A stretch of 64,000 bases of DNA from Blastocladiella emersonii ATCC 22665 (lineage: Eukaryota > Fungi > Blastocladiomycota), in contig JANHCV010000011.1 in the NCBI GenBank assembly GCA_025594325.1, forward strand, positions 930,001 through 994,000, read 5' to 3'. The number at the start of each line of letters is the position of its first letter. Within the stretch, counting starts at the first letter, position 1. Below are positions 63,339 through 64,000 of the stretch, one piece after another. Below the pieces are notes generated by a model. That model was not told where the DNA came from. It made no database searches and was given only the letters and a program-made list of their open reading frames with translations. The position numbers and the translations under genes are program-made.

Positions 63339-64000
63339 ATGGGCCGAAGAACAGTACCAGAACTACTTGCAAGAGTGACCAAGGCAACCAACGGCCGCAT
63401 CACGGCTGAGCGCCTTGCAGGGCAGAAGATCAAGGCGACCATTGATGGCCGCGAGTACACGTTCCCCAATGCCAAAGAGCTCCTCGACGTCTGGGTGCCT
63501 TACATCCTTGCCTTTGACTACAAGGTGACGCCCGAGAGCTATGCCAACGACTTTGGCCGCAAACGAGGCGACTCGCTGTTCTACCTCAAGCACCAGGACG
63601 GCGTCACTGGGTACGAGGTCAAGGACCTCCAGGAGCACGTCCAAGACACGCTTAAAGCGTGGGAAGAGCACCAGGCAACGGGCAAGGTCACTCGAGTCCC
63701 AGTTGCTCCACCAGCGGCAAGCCCCAGACCAGAGGCCCCCGAGTTGGCCACGGACAGCAACAGGGGCAGCAGCGAAGAGGAGCGCGACGAGCTGGCAGAA
63801 GAGATCTCGCGAGCCCTGGACGTCATTGACGAGGACGCTGTACCGGACCACTTGCTCCCCGTGCCCGTCCGGCCAGTCATGCCCGAGCAGTACCCGGTCA
63901 AGGCCGGCGACTATGTTGGTCAAGACATTGACAAGTACGGCGCCATGATCCCCGGCCAGTACCTGATCCAGAATGACAATGACGGCGGCAACGACCCGCC
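63339..64000 (+). CDS. Hypothetical protein of the element, truncated by the window end (absent from the ORF track)
   Basis: ATG at 63339 opens MGRRTVPELLARVTKATNGRITAERLAGQKIKATIDGREYTFPNAKELLDVWVPY..., which stays open to 64000. Confidence 0.7.
   Translation, partial: MGRRTVPELLARVTKATNGRITAERLAGQKIKATIDGREYTFPNAKELLDVWVPYILAFDYKVTPESYANDFGRKRGDSLFYLKHQDGVTGYEVKDLQEHVQDTLKAWEEHQATGKVTRVPVAPPAASPRPEAPELATDSNRGSSEEERDELAEEISRALDVIDEDAVPDHLLPVPVRPVMPEQYPVKAGDYVGQDIDKYGAMIPGQYLIQNDNDGGNDP

Larger units (their letters stand above)
54342..64000. mobile_element. Endogenous virus-like DNA element (Polinton-like/Maverick/virophage-related); left end uncertain, continues beyond the window
   Basis: Dense intronless ORFs with 0-80 nt spacers: PrimPol-SF2 helicase, tyrosine recombinase, Maverick-type integrase, fibre-like protein. 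Composition differs from the host genes. Confidence 0.8.

Overview
Eukaryotic genomic DNA from a very GC-rich, intron-containing organism. Short GT..AG introns with CTRAC-type branch points and the gene families present suggest a fungus, probably early-diverging (inference). About 1-33 kb and 36.8-38.7 kb hold ordinary host genes: a WD40 protein, an ABCC transporter, a Pex22-like protein, NAT10/KRE33, a COX14-like protein, an ankyrin+DIL protein, MND1, ATP2, an Mrx7-like protein, a head-to-head pair of CMAS-family methyltransferases, and sulfide:quinone oxidoreductase. A lower-GC island of orphan paralogues lies at 33-36.5 kb. From about 39.9 kb the window is an accessory, CpG-decayed compartment: three tRNA genes, a full-length chromodomain Ty3/Gypsy element (177-bp LTRs, 5-bp TSD, self-priming PBS), a degenerate Helitron, and hairpin minisatellites. 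From about 54.3 kb to the window end lies a compact, intronless, virus-like DNA element. It encodes a PrimPol-PriCT2-UL9-like SF2 helicase fusion, a tyrosine recombinase, a Maverick/Polinton-type retroviral-like integrase and a fibre-like protein, and it carries a 91-94-bp hairpin repeat array between the divergent replication and recombinase genes. This element is the best candidate for an undescribed system. No capsid, packaging ATPase, protease or protein-primed PolB gene is visible in the window, so its class is unresolved. All homology calls come from recognising motifs by eye; no database search was run.
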